Origin: Pseudomonadota bacterium
Lineage (GTDB): Bacteria > Bdellovibrionota_B > Oligoflexia > Oligoflexales > CAIYRB01
Reading direction: 5' to 3'
NCBI GenBank assembly: GCA_031416315.1
Contig: JANOTL010000040.1
Span: 16,821-80,820, forward strand
Length of the DNA: 64,000 nt
Shown here: positions 19,120-28,924 of the stretch, one piece after another
Numbering within the stretch: position 1 is the stretch's first letter
Layout of the letters: each line of letters starts with the position of its first letter
Translations under genes and position numbers: made by a program
Notes under the pieces: model-generated
Told to the model about the DNA's origin: nothing
Seen by the model: only the letters and a program-made list of their open reading frames with translations
The model's database searches: none

Positions 19120-20511
19120 TCACTCCTTGTCCTCAAGCCCGGCCGGCGCCAGCTTCGCGATCTGCACCGCGAGGAAAGACGGCTTCCGATCGTCGATCTC
19201 CGCCCGCTCCTTCGCCGCCACCGCCGCGCGCACGACGTGCGCTCCGATGTAGCGGATCGGCTCCGGCGGGAAGGTGCCGACGGAGCGTTGAATCAGCGGA
19301 TACTCGCCCCAACGGTCCTTGCGGCCCAAGGCCAGGCTCGCGAGGATCTTGCCGCCGACGACGCTCGGGCCGACGCCGTTGCCGCTCCAGCCGACGCCGT
19401 AGATGATGTGCTCGTGCCGCGGCAGGCGGCCGAGGAGCGGCAGGCTGTTCGGCGTGCGATCGATCGGACCGCACCAGTCGTGAGTGATCTTCACGTCCTT
19501 CAGCGTCGGATAGTAGCGGCGCAAGTCGGCGGCGACGGTCGCGGCGCGGGCCGCGTTGCGGTCGAAATCGGCGCCGATGTTGCCCCCGTAGGCGATGCCC
19601 CAGCCGCCCTTGCCGAAGGCGATCCGTCCGTCGCGCGTGACGTGGTAGTAGTCGACCATCGTCTGCGAGTCGGTGATGCATTCGCCGCCGGTCCAGCCGA
19701 TCGTCTTCAGCTCGGCGGGAATTGGCGCGGTCATGATCATGTCGCTCGTGATCGGCACGATCATGCGGCTGAGCTCTTTGATGCCGGCGGCCCAGGCGTT
19801 CGTGCAGATGACCAACTTGTCGGCGGTGAGGCTGCCCTCGGCCGTCGCCACGCGCACGGGACGCGCGCGCGTGAAGGACTCGACGCGGCTATTCTCATAG
19901 ATCGAGACGCCGAGCTTCAACGCGACTTTGCGCAGGCCGCGCACGAGCGCCGCCGGGTGGATGGTCGCGGCGCTCGTCTCGACGACGCCGGCACGGTGCG
20001 CGGGGGAACCGGATCGTCGTGCGATCTCTGCGGGAGCCACACGCTGGAACGCCTCGACGCCCATTTTCTCGCAGAGCCCGACGACGCCGTCCCAGGAGTT
20101 CATCTGCGCCGAGGAGGTCGCCGTCCACAGCCACGGAGCCTTGCGGAAATGCACGTCCAGGCCGTGCTCGGTCGCGAACGCGCCGATCTCGTCGATCGCC
20201 GCCTCGGAGTCGCGGCCGATCGCCAGCGCATCCTCCTTCCCGCACAGGGAGACCAAGGACGAGAGCTTCGGCCACCACGACAGCGCGAAGCCGCCGTTGC
20301 GCCCCGAGGCACCGCCGCCGCAGATGTCCTGCTCGACGACGGCGACCAAGCAGCCCGGATCCGCCTTCTTGATCTGGATCGCGGTCCAAAGGCCCACGTA
20401 GCCGCCGCCGAGGATCGCGACGTCGGCCTTCGCCTGGCCGCGCAAGGGCGCCGCATCGGGGGCGTCGCCGGCGACGTCTTCGAGCCAAAAGGAGCGGTGC
20501 TTCTGCGTCAA
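19120..20511 (-). CDS. FAD-dependent oxidoreductase (DAO/PuuB-like amine oxidase)
   Basis: GGGYVGLW, GASGRNGG, GWSGNGVG; TTG start 8 nt after GGAGG. Confidence 0.85.
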   Translation of the reverse strand: MTQKHRSFWLEDVAGDAPDAAPLRGQAKADVAILGGGYVGLWTAIQIKKADPGCLVAVVEQDICGGGASGRNGGFALSWWPKLSSLVSLCGKEDALAIGRDSEAAIDEIGAFATEHGLDVHFRKAPWLWTATSSAQMNSWDGVVGLCEKMGVEAFQRVAPAEIARRSGSPAHRAGVVETSAATIHPAALVRGLRKVALKLGVSIYENSRVESFTRARPVRVATAEGSLTADKLVICTNAWAAGIKELSRMIVPITSDMIMTAPIPAELKTIGWTGGECITDSQTMVDYYHVTRDGRIAFGKGGWGIAYGGNIGADFDRNAARAATVAADLRRYYPTLKDVKITHDWCGPIDRTPNSLPLLGRLPRHEHIIYGVGWSGNGVGPSVVGGKILASLALGRKDRWGEYPLIQRSVGTFPPEPIRYIGAHVVRAAVAAKERAEIDDRKPSFLAVQIAKLAPAGLEDKE

Positions 20512-20567
20512 GGGTGGGGCCTCCGTCGTTGCCGTGACGCGTGCATCGGCGGGCCGCCGGCGCCGCG

Positions 20568-22094
20568 TCACTTCCGCACGCACACCGCGTATCGATAGGA
20601 CGTCAGGTCGTCGGCGCGAGGCTTACCGTCGTCCAGTCCGACGGCCGTGGCCTGCGCACCGGCACTCTCGCCGCTCCAGAAGAGGAAGTTCTCGGACTTC
20701 GGCGCGCCGAGGTAGATGATGGTGTCCGCCGTCGGCGCGTTCGCGAGGTGCGCGAGGCCGCCGCCAGCGGCACCGGAGACCGCCGCGAGCTCACGAATCA
20801 TGGGGAGCCGCCAGGAGCCGGGTTTGGTCCCGTCTTCCGTCAGGGCCTCGCAGTGGGCTTTGGCCTCTGGCCATAGCCTCGCGGCGGCGACACGGCTCCA
20901 AACGCGCCCCTCGGCATCGCCTCTCTTCGTCGTCTTGCAACCCTCGGGAACGGTCGTCCACTCCCCGTCGTTCATCACGCAGGTACTCGCGGGACCGACC
21001 ATGATGTCGCCGTATAAAAAGCGCGCGACGTGCGCGTCGTCCGTTACGACCCCGCAGACGTAGTGTCGACCACCCCCTCCCGCCAACCCCTTAGTTTGCC
21101 ATTTCAGCTTTTTTTCTTTGGCGCCGAGCGGCTGGTCGTTCAGTTTCGTCCAGCCGGCGAGGGTGCCGTTGAAGCATCCGCCGCTCTCGTCGCGACGGTG
21201 GTAAAACTGGACCTTGACGGCCGTGCCGGCTCCCGGCGTGGTGGTGAAGTCGAGCTCGACCGTCGCGTCGAGGGGGAACGTGGCGCCCGCGAGCGGCTGC
21301 GCGAGCGCGAGCCGTGGTCGGCCCGCGGTGGCGGCGCAGCGAAAGCCGATCGCCGCGCTGCCAGTCGGTCGAAGGTTCGCGTTCCAGAAGTTGATCGCGT
21401 GGATTCCAGCGCCGGCACCCGCCCGGTGATCGCCGCCTCGGACGATGGCAAGGCCCTTGCCGGCGTGCCAGAGGCTCTTGTCTTCGAACGCGCGTGGCGG
21501 GCCGCCGACGGCGGGAAAGGCGAGCGTGTCGTCCCACGCCGGAATGACGACGAGCGGGATCTTGTTCGTGCCGACCCAGGTCTTGCCGTCATAGGCGGCG
21601 GGCGCCGCGCCGGCGAAGCCCGGCTCGTGCGACGCATCGATCACGACCTTGCTGAGGCGCCCGGCGTCGTCGACGTCGGCTTCGAAATCGACCATCTCCC
21701 AGGCGTTACCGACGAGGTCATAGGCGCCCACGGCCGATCGGCAAGCGAGCGCAGCCGTGGGGGCGCGGAAATCCGTCGAGCTCGCGTTGCAGTCTTTCGC
21801 AGCGTCGGGCGTGCCGGCGGCCGCGGCGGCCCACTCCTGCAAAGTGGGCAGACGCATGCCGCGCGAGGCGCATGCCGCCTTCGCCGCCGCGTGGGACAGA
21901 GCGGTCCTGGGATTCTTGCCGGCGGTCGAGACGAAGCGCGCTTTCGCGTCGTCGAAGCTGACCTCGAAGGGGTCGACGAGGATCTCGTACTTCAAGCCGG
22001 AAACGGCGGATGGAATGGAGATCAGTTCCGCGGCGGCGGCGGCGCCGGACGCTACGAGACTCGAGACGAGAAGGGCCAAAGCGGTAGGTGGCAC
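20568..22094 (-). CDS. Secreted protein with FGE-sulfatase-like (CLec-fold), Ig-like and DUF1566-like domains
   Basis: RLPTLQEW, YDLVGNAWE, IGFRC; second module WRLPMIREL...FWS...AVCVR. Confidence 0.78.
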   Translation of the reverse strand: MPPTALALLVSSLVASGAAAAAELISIPSAVSGLKYEILVDPFEVSFDDAKARFVSTAGKNPRTALSHAAAKAACASRGMRLPTLQEWAAAAAGTPDAAKDCNASSTDFRAPTAALACRSAVGAYDLVGNAWEMVDFEADVDDAGRLSKVVIDASHEPGFAGAAPAAYDGKTWVGTNKIPLVVIPAWDDTLAFPAVGGPPRAFEDKSLWHAGKGLAIVRGGDHRAGAGAGIHAINFWNANLRPTGSAAIGFRCAATAGRPRLALAQPLAGATFPLDATVELDFTTTPGAGTAVKVQFYHRRDESGGCFNGTLAGWTKLNDQPLGAKEKKLKWQTKGLAGGGGRHYVCGVVTDDAHVARFLYGDIMVGPASTCVMNDGEWTTVPEGCKTTKRGDAEGRVWSRVAAARLWPEAKAHCEALTEDGTKPGSWRLPMIRELAAVSGAAGGGLAHLANAPTADTIIYLGAPKSENFLFWSGESAGAQATAVGLDDGKPRADDLTSYRYAVCVRK

Positions 22095-22424
22095 TTAAGT
22101 CTCCGAATGTGGGGGTTATTTTGGGTCAGAAGCGATGCTACCGAGGCCCTGGGACCGTGTCGATGCCAAACGCGGCGGCGCCTTCCCGCGGGCCAAATGC
22201 AGGAAGGATTCTGGGAGATTTCCCCATGTTCTCGCGTCGGATTCGAAAATCCCATTTTCCCGGCGTCGCCTAAGGTCCAGAAACGGTTGCCGATTTGGGG
22301 CGGAATTTCTTGATCCTCAAGTGCGCGGCGCACTGGGCGATATTCCTCATATCAGGTGCGCAACTCGGGTCCGGAAGTCTGCTGAGCGGCAGCCTGAACA
22401 CTTTCACCCTTCGGAGGCAAGATT

Positions 22425-22874
22425 ATGAAAGTTCAAGGATTTTTCGGTTTGGTGCTGGCGGCCGCGGCGACTTTGGCGATGAGCTCGAGCGCGTTTGGCG
22501 TGACCCGTTACTTCCTCGTCCACGCGGGATCGGACGTCTCACCTACGGTCGACATCTTCTCCATTATCGGTAAGCCGGGCGGCAGCGGAACGCTCTCCAC
22601 CAACCTCAACAACAACGTGCTGGACTGCGGCGAAGAAGACGACGGCCTTGGGGGCCAGCAGGCGTCTTCGCTCTACACCGGCTCCTACGAGGAAACCTTC
22701 ATCCTGGCCCTCGCCACCGACAACTCGAAGCCTGGCCGCTTCCTTCAGAAGTCGTGGATCATCGGCTCGCGCCCGAATCCGGGCAAAAAAGTCACGAGCA
22801 TCTCCCAGACCGGTAGCGCCCCCTGCGCTCTTGGCGCTGCCTCGTTCAATATGTACTACGGCGCCATGGACTGA
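22425..22874 (+). CDS. Secreted hypothetical protein
   Basis: GGAGG RBS, signal peptide ending SAFG, two Cys. Confidence 0.8.
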   Translation: MKVQGFFGLVLAAAATLAMSSSAFGVTRYFLVHAGSDVSPTVDIFSIIGKPGGSGTLSTNLNNNVLDCGEEDDGLGGQQASSLYTGSYEETFILALATDNSKPGRFLQKSWIIGSRPNPGKKVTSISQTGSAPCALGAASFNMYYGAMD

Positions 22875-22934
22875 TCGGGGGCGATCGCATTAGCCAGTAC
22901 GGCTCGATTGAAACCCTTGAAAGGAGTCTAATAT

Positions 22935-23264
22935 ATGTTCAAGAAACTATTGGGCAGCGGCGCCCTTGCGCTGGCGATGATGACATCGCAAGCTGCCTAC
23001 TCGGTCGCGGCAACGGCAGAGGTCACTCTGGTAACAGCGCCGTCCGCTGGCGATAAGACGGTGATGTCGGCCTCAGCTTCCGACAGTACCCCCGCCTTTG
23101 TCGACGCCACACCTGCCGGCGATGTGGAGCTCGCTGTCCCGACGGGTGTCACGAGCTGGAGCCTTGTCGTCGGTGACCCTGTCGACGCCACGAGCGTGTC
23201 ATGCTCCGGCGGCTCCTGTTCGGTCACTATGACCATGGTCGAAGCAATCGCATTTATCGAGTAG
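22935..23264 (+). CDS. Small secreted beta-rich protein
   Basis: AAAGGAG RBS, signal peptide, Ser/Thr/Val-rich, CSGGSC loop. Confidence 0.8.
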   Translation: MFKKLLGSGALALAMMTSQAAYSVAATAEVTLVTAPSAGDKTVMSASASDSTPAFVDATPAGDVELAVPTGVTSWSLVVGDPVDATSVSCSGGSCSVTMTMVEAIAFIE

Positions 23265-23278
23265 AAAACCCGACTCGG

Positions 23279-23346
23279 ACCGAGCGTCCCGCGAGGTCGG
23301 GCGCTCGGTAAGAACGCCCCGCCGGAGATTTTCCGGCGGGGCGTTC
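23279..23346. terminator. Two tandem hairpins between convergent genes
   Basis: ACCGAGCG/CGCTCGGT (23279-23309) and 15-bp stem GAACGCCCCGCCGGA/TCCGGCGGGGCGTTC (23312-23346). Confidence 0.7.
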
Positions 23347-23388
23347 CCGCATTCAAGGGCGGCGCCGAGCGCCGCATTTCCCGTCGCC

Positions 23389-25842
23389 CTAGCTCCGGAT
23401 CTTCTTCATCTCCGGGTCATACAAAGGCTTCAAAGACACCGCCGCCGGGTACTTCGTCCCGGCGATGTCGACCTCCCAACTCGCGTCGAGGTACGCAGCA
23501 TTCACCGGCTCGCCCGCCTCGATCATCGCCAGGCCGACGGCGCCGCCCAGCGTGTGGCCGTAGGAGCCGGCACGCACGTAGCCGACAGGCCTGCCGTTGC
23601 GGTGCAAAATCTCCGCGTGGAAGAGCATCGGCTCGGGATCCTTCACGAACACCTGAACGAGACGCCGCTTGTACGGAGCGCCCGCTTTTTGAAGCAGCGC
23701 CGCTTCTTTCCCGAGGAAGCCGTCCGGCTTTTTGAAGTCGACGCAGAAGCCGAGCCCGGTCTCGAAGCAGTCGTCGGTGTTGTCGATGTCGTGGCCGTAG
23801 TCGCGGTAGCCCTTCTCCATACGCAGGCTGGCGAGCGCCTTTAGGCCTGCGTGCCGCAGATTGAAGGGCGCGCCGGCCGCGAGGAGGCGGTCGTAGACGT
23901 GCGTCGCCTGCTCGGCCGGAACGTAGAGCTCGTAGCCGAGCTCACCGAGATAAGTGATGCGGATGCAAAGCACGCGTGCATAGCCGATGTCGATCTCGCG
24001 CGCAGCGCGGAACGGAAAGGCGTCGTTGCTTAGATCCGCCGTCGTCAGCGTCTGCAGCAAAGCGCGCGATTTCGGGCCCTGCACGTTGATCTGCGCGTAA
24101 CCGGAGGTAACGTCGGTCACGCTCGCGTGCATGTCGTCCGGGATATGCCGGCGCATCCACGTCTCCGCATGGCGCAGCTGCGTGTCGGTGACGACGACGA
24201 AGAAGCGGTCGTCCGAAAGCTTCGTCACGGTGAGGTCGGCTTCGAGCTTGCCGGTCTCGTTCAGCCATTGCGTGTACGTGATCATGCCTTCCACGCCGTC
24301 GACGTCGTTGACCGAAATGTGGTTCAACACCTTGCCGGCGTCGCGCCCTTGCACCAGAAACTTGCACATGAAGGACATGTCCATCAGGATCACGTCCTCG
24401 CGCGCGGCCTTGTGCTCGGCGGCCCAATAAGGAAACCAGTTCTGACGGCCCCAGGAGAGCTTCTCCACCTTGGGCTCGACGCCCGCGGGCGCGTACCAGT
24501 CCGGGCTCTCCCAGCCGCTCACGTCCTTGAAATAGGCGCCGGCGGCCGCCAGTCGATCGTGCAGCGGCGACTTTTTCGCGCCACGCGCGGTTTGCGGCGA
24601 CATCGTCGGGTAGTGGCACTTGTAGACCAAGCCGAGCGACTCCACGGTGCGCTCGCGGCGGTATTGTGGGTTCGACTGGTAGCGTTGCAGCCGGTCGATG
24701 TGCATGCCCGTCACGTCGATGTCGGCCGTGCCGTGCACCATCCAGTGCGCCAGCGCGCGGCCGATGCCGCCTCCCGTCAGGATGCCGATCGAATTCAGCC
24801 CGGCGGCGACGAAGTAATTCTTCAACTCTGGGGCCTCGCCGAAGATCGGGCGCAGGTCGGCGGTGAAGCTCTCCGGCCCGCAGAAGAACTTCTTCACGCC
24901 GAGATCCATCGTCACGGGAACGCGCGCCATCGCCTTCTCCAGATAGGGAGCCATGCGGTCCCAGTCCGGCTCGATCTCGCCGAAGGTGAAGTCCTGCGGG
25001 ATGCCTTCGACCTTCCACGGCGCGCATTCCGACTCGAAGAGGCCGACCATGAGGCCGCCGACCTCTTCGCGGATGTAGGCGAAGGACGAGGGGTCCTCGA
25101 GCACCGGCATGTTCGGCGGGAGGTCCTCGATCTCTTCGGTGATCAGGTAATAATGCTCCGCCGCTTGATTCGGGACGTTGACGCCCGCGAGCTCGCCGAA
25201 TTGCCGCGCCCACATGCCGGCGCAGTTGACGACGAAGTCGGCGGCGATGTCGCCCTTGTCGGTGCGCACGCCGGCGACGCGGCCTTTCTTCTTCAGCACG
25301 CCGGTGACCGCGACGTTCTCGATGACGCGCGCGCCCTGCATGCGGGCGCCTTTCGCTAGGGCCATCGTCACGTCGACGGGATTCACACGCCCGTCCTCTT
25401 TCACGTAGAAGCCGGCCAAGATGTCGTCGACGCGCGCCAGCGGGAAGAGCTTCTGCACCTCCGCGGCGGAGATCTCGTGGACGTCGATCCCCATCAGTCG
25501 GTTGAAGGCCGAGACGCGCCGGTATTCTTCGAGGCGGTCTTTGTCGGTCGCCACCTCGATGAAGCCGACGGGCTTAAAGCCCGTGGCTTGTCCGGTCTCC
25601 GCCTCTAAGCGGCTATACAGGTCGCGGGTGTACTTGCGCAGCTCAGTCGAGGTCTCCGAGGTCGAGCCGAAGGTCACCATGAGGCCCGCGGAGTGCCAGG
25701 TCGTCCCCGAGGTCAGTTGGTCGCGCTCGAGCAGGACGACGTCCTTCCAGCCCATGTGCGCCAAATGATAGGCGACTGAGCAGCCGATGACCCCGCCGCC
25801 GACGACAACGACGCGCGCATGCTTGGGGAAATCGAGGCTCAT
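23389..25842 (-). CDS. GcvT-family FAD-dependent oxidoreductase (sarcosine/dimethylglycine dehydrogenase-like)
   Basis: GGGVIG, TSGTTWHSAG, GPESFT, YLGELGYEL, LRMEKGY. Confidence 0.92.
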   Translation of the reverse strand: MSLDFPKHARVVVVGGGVIGCSVAYHLAHMGWKDVVLLERDQLTSGTTWHSAGLMVTFGSTSETSTELRKYTRDLYSRLEAETGQATGFKPVGFIEVATDKDRLEEYRRVSAFNRLMGIDVHEISAAEVQKLFPLARVDDILAGFYVKEDGRVNPVDVTMALAKGARMQGARVIENVAVTGVLKKKGRVAGVRTDKGDIAADFVVNCAGMWARQFGELAGVNVPNQAAEHYYLITEEIEDLPPNMPVLEDPSSFAYIREEVGGLMVGLFESECAPWKVEGIPQDFTFGEIEPDWDRMAPYLEKAMARVPVTMDLGVKKFFCGPESFTADLRPIFGEAPELKNYFVAAGLNSIGILTGGGIGRALAHWMVHGTADIDVTGMHIDRLQRYQSNPQYRRERTVESLGLVYKCHYPTMSPQTARGAKKSPLHDRLAAAGAYFKDVSGWESPDWYAPAGVEPKVEKLSWGRQNWFPYWAAEHKAAREDVILMDMSFMCKFLVQGRDAGKVLNHISVNDVDGVEGMITYTQWLNETGKLEADLTVTKLSDDRFFVVVTDTQLRHAETWMRRHIPDDMHASVTDVTSGYAQINVQGPKSRALLQTLTTADLSNDAFPFRAAREIDIGYARVLCIRITYLGELGYELYVPAEQATHVYDRLLAAGAPFNLRHAGLKALASLRMEKGYRDYGHDIDNTDDCFETGLGFCVDFKKPDGFLGKEAALLQKAGAPYKRRLVQVFVKDPEPMLFHAEILHRNGRPVGYVRAGSYGHTLGGAVGLAMIEAGEPVNAAYLDASWEVDIAGTKYPAAVSLKPLYDPEMKKIRS

Positions 25843-25933
25843 TTTGGGCTCCGGGCTGAGTGTAGGGCGACGTTATACCTGCGGATCGGGGAAGGCGCTA
25901 GAATGAAGCCTTCTCGCGCCACCGGAGACACCC

Positions 25934-27055
25934 ATGCCTGCAGCTGTCCGCACGCCTACGCCACGTCTTCTGCTCGGTCCCGGCCCGAGCGACGCCCATC
26001 CGCACGTGCTCGCCGCGATGACCTTGCCGCTCCTCGGCCATCTGGATCCCGAGTTCCTGACCATCATGGACGAGACGCAAGCGCTCCTGCGCCAAGTCTT
26101 CCAGACGCAAAATCAGGTGACCTTTCCCGTGAGCGCCACCGGCATGGCGGGAATGGAGGCCTGCATGGTGAACTTGCTCGAGCCCGAAGACGCCGCCGTC
26201 GTCTGCGTCGCCGGATTCTTCGGCGCGCGCATGGCGGAGGTGGCGCGGCGCACCGGCGCCAAGGTAACCATGCTCGAGCGTCCTTGGGGTGAGGTGTTTC
26301 CACTCGATCAGGTGCGCGACGTCTTGCGACGCGAGCGCCCTAAAATGCTGGCGATCGTGCAGGCGGAGACCTCGACCGGAGCCTGGCAGAAGATTGAAGG
26401 CCTGAGCGCGATCTGCCGCGAGACCGACACGCTCCTCGTCGTCGACGCGGTCACGTCGCTTGGCTGCGTGCCGCTCGCTGTCGACGACTGGGGGATCGAC
26501 GCCGTCTACAGCTGCTCGCAAAAGGGCCTGAGTTGCCCGCCCGGGCTATCGCCGGTCAGCTTCGGCGCGCGCGCGCTCGACGCCGTGAAGAAGCGCAAGA
26601 CGCCGGTGCAAAGCTGGTATTTAGACGTGACGACGCTCTCGCGCTATTGGGGAGGCGACCGCATGTATCATCACACCGCGCCGATCTCGATGGTGTACGC
26701 CCTGCGGGAGGGCCTGCGCCTCGTCGTCGAAGAAGGGCTCGAGGCGCGCTGGCGTCGGCACATGGAGAATCACCTCGTGCTGAAGGCGGGCCTTCAGGCG
26801 CTCGGCTGCCGCTATGTCGCCGCGGAAGGGCATCAACTCCCTCAGCTGAACGCAGTCTTCGTTCCGTCGGGCATCGACGAGCTCGCGGTACGGAAACGGC
26901 TCCTCGAGGAGTTTCGCATCGAGATTGGGGCGGGCCTCGGAGACCTGAAAGGGCGGGCCTGGCGCATCGGCCTGATGGGCTTCAACAGCCGGCCGGGCGT
27001 GGTGGCGCAGCTCCTCGGGCTTTTGCCGCTTTGCCTCGATCGGAATCGGTCATGA
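25934..27055 (+). CDS. Alanine-glyoxylate / serine-pyruvate aminotransferase (class V PLP)
   Basis: LLGPGPS, AETSTG, VDAVTSLG, SQKGLSCPPG, YHHTAP. Confidence 0.93.
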   Translation: MPAAVRTPTPRLLLGPGPSDAHPHVLAAMTLPLLGHLDPEFLTIMDETQALLRQVFQTQNQVTFPVSATGMAGMEACMVNLLEPEDAAVVCVAGFFGARMAEVARRTGAKVTMLERPWGEVFPLDQVRDVLRRERPKMLAIVQAETSTGAWQKIEGLSAICRETDTLLVVDAVTSLGCVPLAVDDWGIDAVYSCSQKGLSCPPGLSPVSFGARALDAVKKRKTPVQSWYLDVTTLSRYWGGDRMYHHTAPISMVYALREGLRLVVEEGLEARWRRHMENHLVLKAGLQALGCRYVAAEGHQLPQLNAVFVPSGIDELAVRKRLLEEFRIEIGAGLGDLKGRAWRIGLMGFNSRPGVVAQLLGLLPLCLDRNRS

Positions 27056-27209
27056 ATCCGAAGGCTTGATCGCCGCATGCCGAAGCCCGAGGCCGCCGCG
27101 GTCGTCTTCGCGCGCGGATTGCGGCTTTTCGCGCTATCGTCGCGCCGAACTTCTTGGAGCGTCGCTCATGCCGATCAGAACCGTAGCGCTCGGAGCTAGA
27201 GCTTTCCCC

Positions 27210-27281
27210 ATGAACGACGACGTCTACGACGGCCCGCAAGAGCTCGTTCGCGCTGCTCGTCGCGCGCTGGTCTTTCGCTAG
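27210..27281 (+). CDS. Possible 23-aa small ORF (MNDDVYDGPQELVRAARRALVFR)
   Basis: Genome-like C-ending codons; stop overlaps the AGGAG RBS of the next gene. Confidence 0.3.
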   Translation: MNDDVYDGPQELVRAARRALVFR

Positions 27282-27289
27282 GAGCCCGC

Positions 27290-28360
27290 ATGCCCCGCCT
27301 GTTGGAAGGCCAGCCGCGCATCTACGCCACGTTCTTCCCGGATTTCTTCGCCACCGAGGTCCCGGCGGAGACGAAAGCGACCTGCACCAACTGCGCGATG
27401 TGCGAAAAGCCGCTGGCGCGCGACGCCAGCGCGTTTCGTCCCGACACGAAATGCTGCACGTATCACCCGAAGCTGCCGAACTACCTCCTCGGCGCGCTTC
27501 TGGCCGACTCCGATCCGAGCTTTGACGAAGGACGTCGCCGCGTGCGCGACCGCATCGCGCGGCGCTTCGGCTCGACGCCTCAGTGGCTGAAGGCGCCCTC
27601 GAAGTACGACGTCCTCTACAAGAGCACGCGCGCGGGATTCGGCCGCGCGAAGAGCCTTCTCTGTCCATACTTCGTCGACGAAGGCGGCCTCTGCTCGATC
27701 TGGCCGTATCGCGAGGCGGTGTGCTCCACGTTTTTCTGTAAGCACGTCGGCGGCGCGGACGGCCGCTCCTTTTGGATGTCGTTCAAGCGGTATCTGTCGT
27801 TGGCGGAGATCCAACTTTCACGCTATGCGTTGCTCCAACACTTTCCAGAATGGGTTCTTCGCCAGGGCGACACGCCCAAAACGCCGACCGATCCGCTCAC
27901 GGTCCGCGAGCTCGACGACGAGCCGACGGGAGACGAGGTCGAGCATCTGCTCGCCTGGGGCGAGTGGGACGGTCGGGAGGAAGAGCTCTATCGAAAGTGC
28001 TACGAAACCGTCCAAAACCTCTCCGCCGCCGAATTCGCGGCGATCATGGGCTTGGACGGGACGGTGCACGTCGCCGTCCTCGGCGAGCTCCGCGCGGCCG
28101 TCACGGCGCCGCGGCTGCCCTCGCGTCCGAAGCTGAATCCGAGCCTAACGGTGAACCGCCTGAGCGACGGAGCCGTCGCGCTCTCCTTCCATAGCGACTA
28201 CGACGCGCTGGCCTTGCCGGAAGCGGGCTGGCGTCTCTTGGAGGAGTTCCGCGGCGAGGAGTCCCTCGCCGCGGTGCGGGCGCGACTGCGCGAAAAGCAC
28301 GGCTCCGACTTCAGCGACGAGATCTTCGCGGAGCTGCATCGGCACCGCATCTTGATTTAG
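27290..28360 (+). CDS. Cys-cluster (YkgJ/CxxCxxCC-like) protein with C-terminal PqqD/RRE-like winged helix
   Basis: CTNCAMC, KCCTY, CPYF, CSIWPYREAVCSTFFC; tail WRLLEEFRGEESLAAV...LHRHRIL. Confidence 0.7.
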   Translation: MPRLLEGQPRIYATFFPDFFATEVPAETKATCTNCAMCEKPLARDASAFRPDTKCCTYHPKLPNYLLGALLADSDPSFDEGRRRVRDRIARRFGSTPQWLKAPSKYDVLYKSTRAGFGRAKSLLCPYFVDEGGLCSIWPYREAVCSTFFCKHVGGADGRSFWMSFKRYLSLAEIQLSRYALLQHFPEWVLRQGDTPKTPTDPLTVRELDDEPTGDEVEHLLAWGEWDGREEELYRKCYETVQNLSAAEFAAIMGLDGTVHVAVLGELRAAVTAPRLPSRPKLNPSLTVNRLSDGAVALSFHSDYDALALPEAGWRLLEEFRGEESLAAVRARLREKHGSDFSDEIFAELHRHRILI

Positions 28361-28446
28361 TTCCGCCCGCGCCAGCCCATGAGGTATACAAAAACGCCGG
28401 CCGAGCCGCCGTTGCTGGAAGAGCCTTTTCGTCAGGAGCCTAGATC

Positions 28447-28914
28447 GTGCCCATCTCCACGGCCCATCCCTATTTCGCACGCATCGCGCTCGGCGCCTCC
28501 ATCTTTCTGGCCGCGCCGGCCCGCGCCGACGTCATCGAGGTCGAAGGCTCGCTACAACTTTGGCAACGCACGTGCAACGGTGCGAGCTGCACGCTCCCCG
28601 TCGGCATCGGCGCGCCCGTCGCCTTCCGCGAAGACGTGCGCCGCCCGGCCGCGGGCGCCGTCTCAACCGTCTCGACGCGCGCGCAGTCGGGACCTTACAC
28701 CGCCACCGTCACGGTCTACTGGCGTGCGGACGAGGGCGAAGATCGTCACTATCTGTCGACGCAAACGCGGATCACGCGCGGCAACGACATCCTCGCCGAG
28801 TGCAGCCGCTTCGACTTGGACGACGTGACGCGCTATTTTCCGGTCGGCGCGTGCTCCGGCCTGGACTTCGCGGCCGGCCTGTTGATCGGGGCGAGCGTCG
28901 CGAAGCGGCCCTGA
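28447..28914 (+). CDS. Secreted hypothetical protein
   Basis: AGGAG RBS, signal peptide ending ARA, four Cys. Confidence 0.72.
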   Translation: MPISTAHPYFARIALGASIFLAAPARADVIEVEGSLQLWQRTCNGASCTLPVGIGAPVAFREDVRRPAAGAVSTVSTRAQSGPYTATVTVYWRADEGEDRHYLSTQTRITRGNDILAECSRFDLDDVTRYFPVGACSGLDFAAGLLIGASVAKRP

Positions 28915-28924
28915 CCGTCGCGGC

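Noticed and set aside
20568..22094. CLec-fold protein as a diversity-generating retroelement target
   Set aside because: No reverse transcriptase and no adenine-variant template repeat seen in the window
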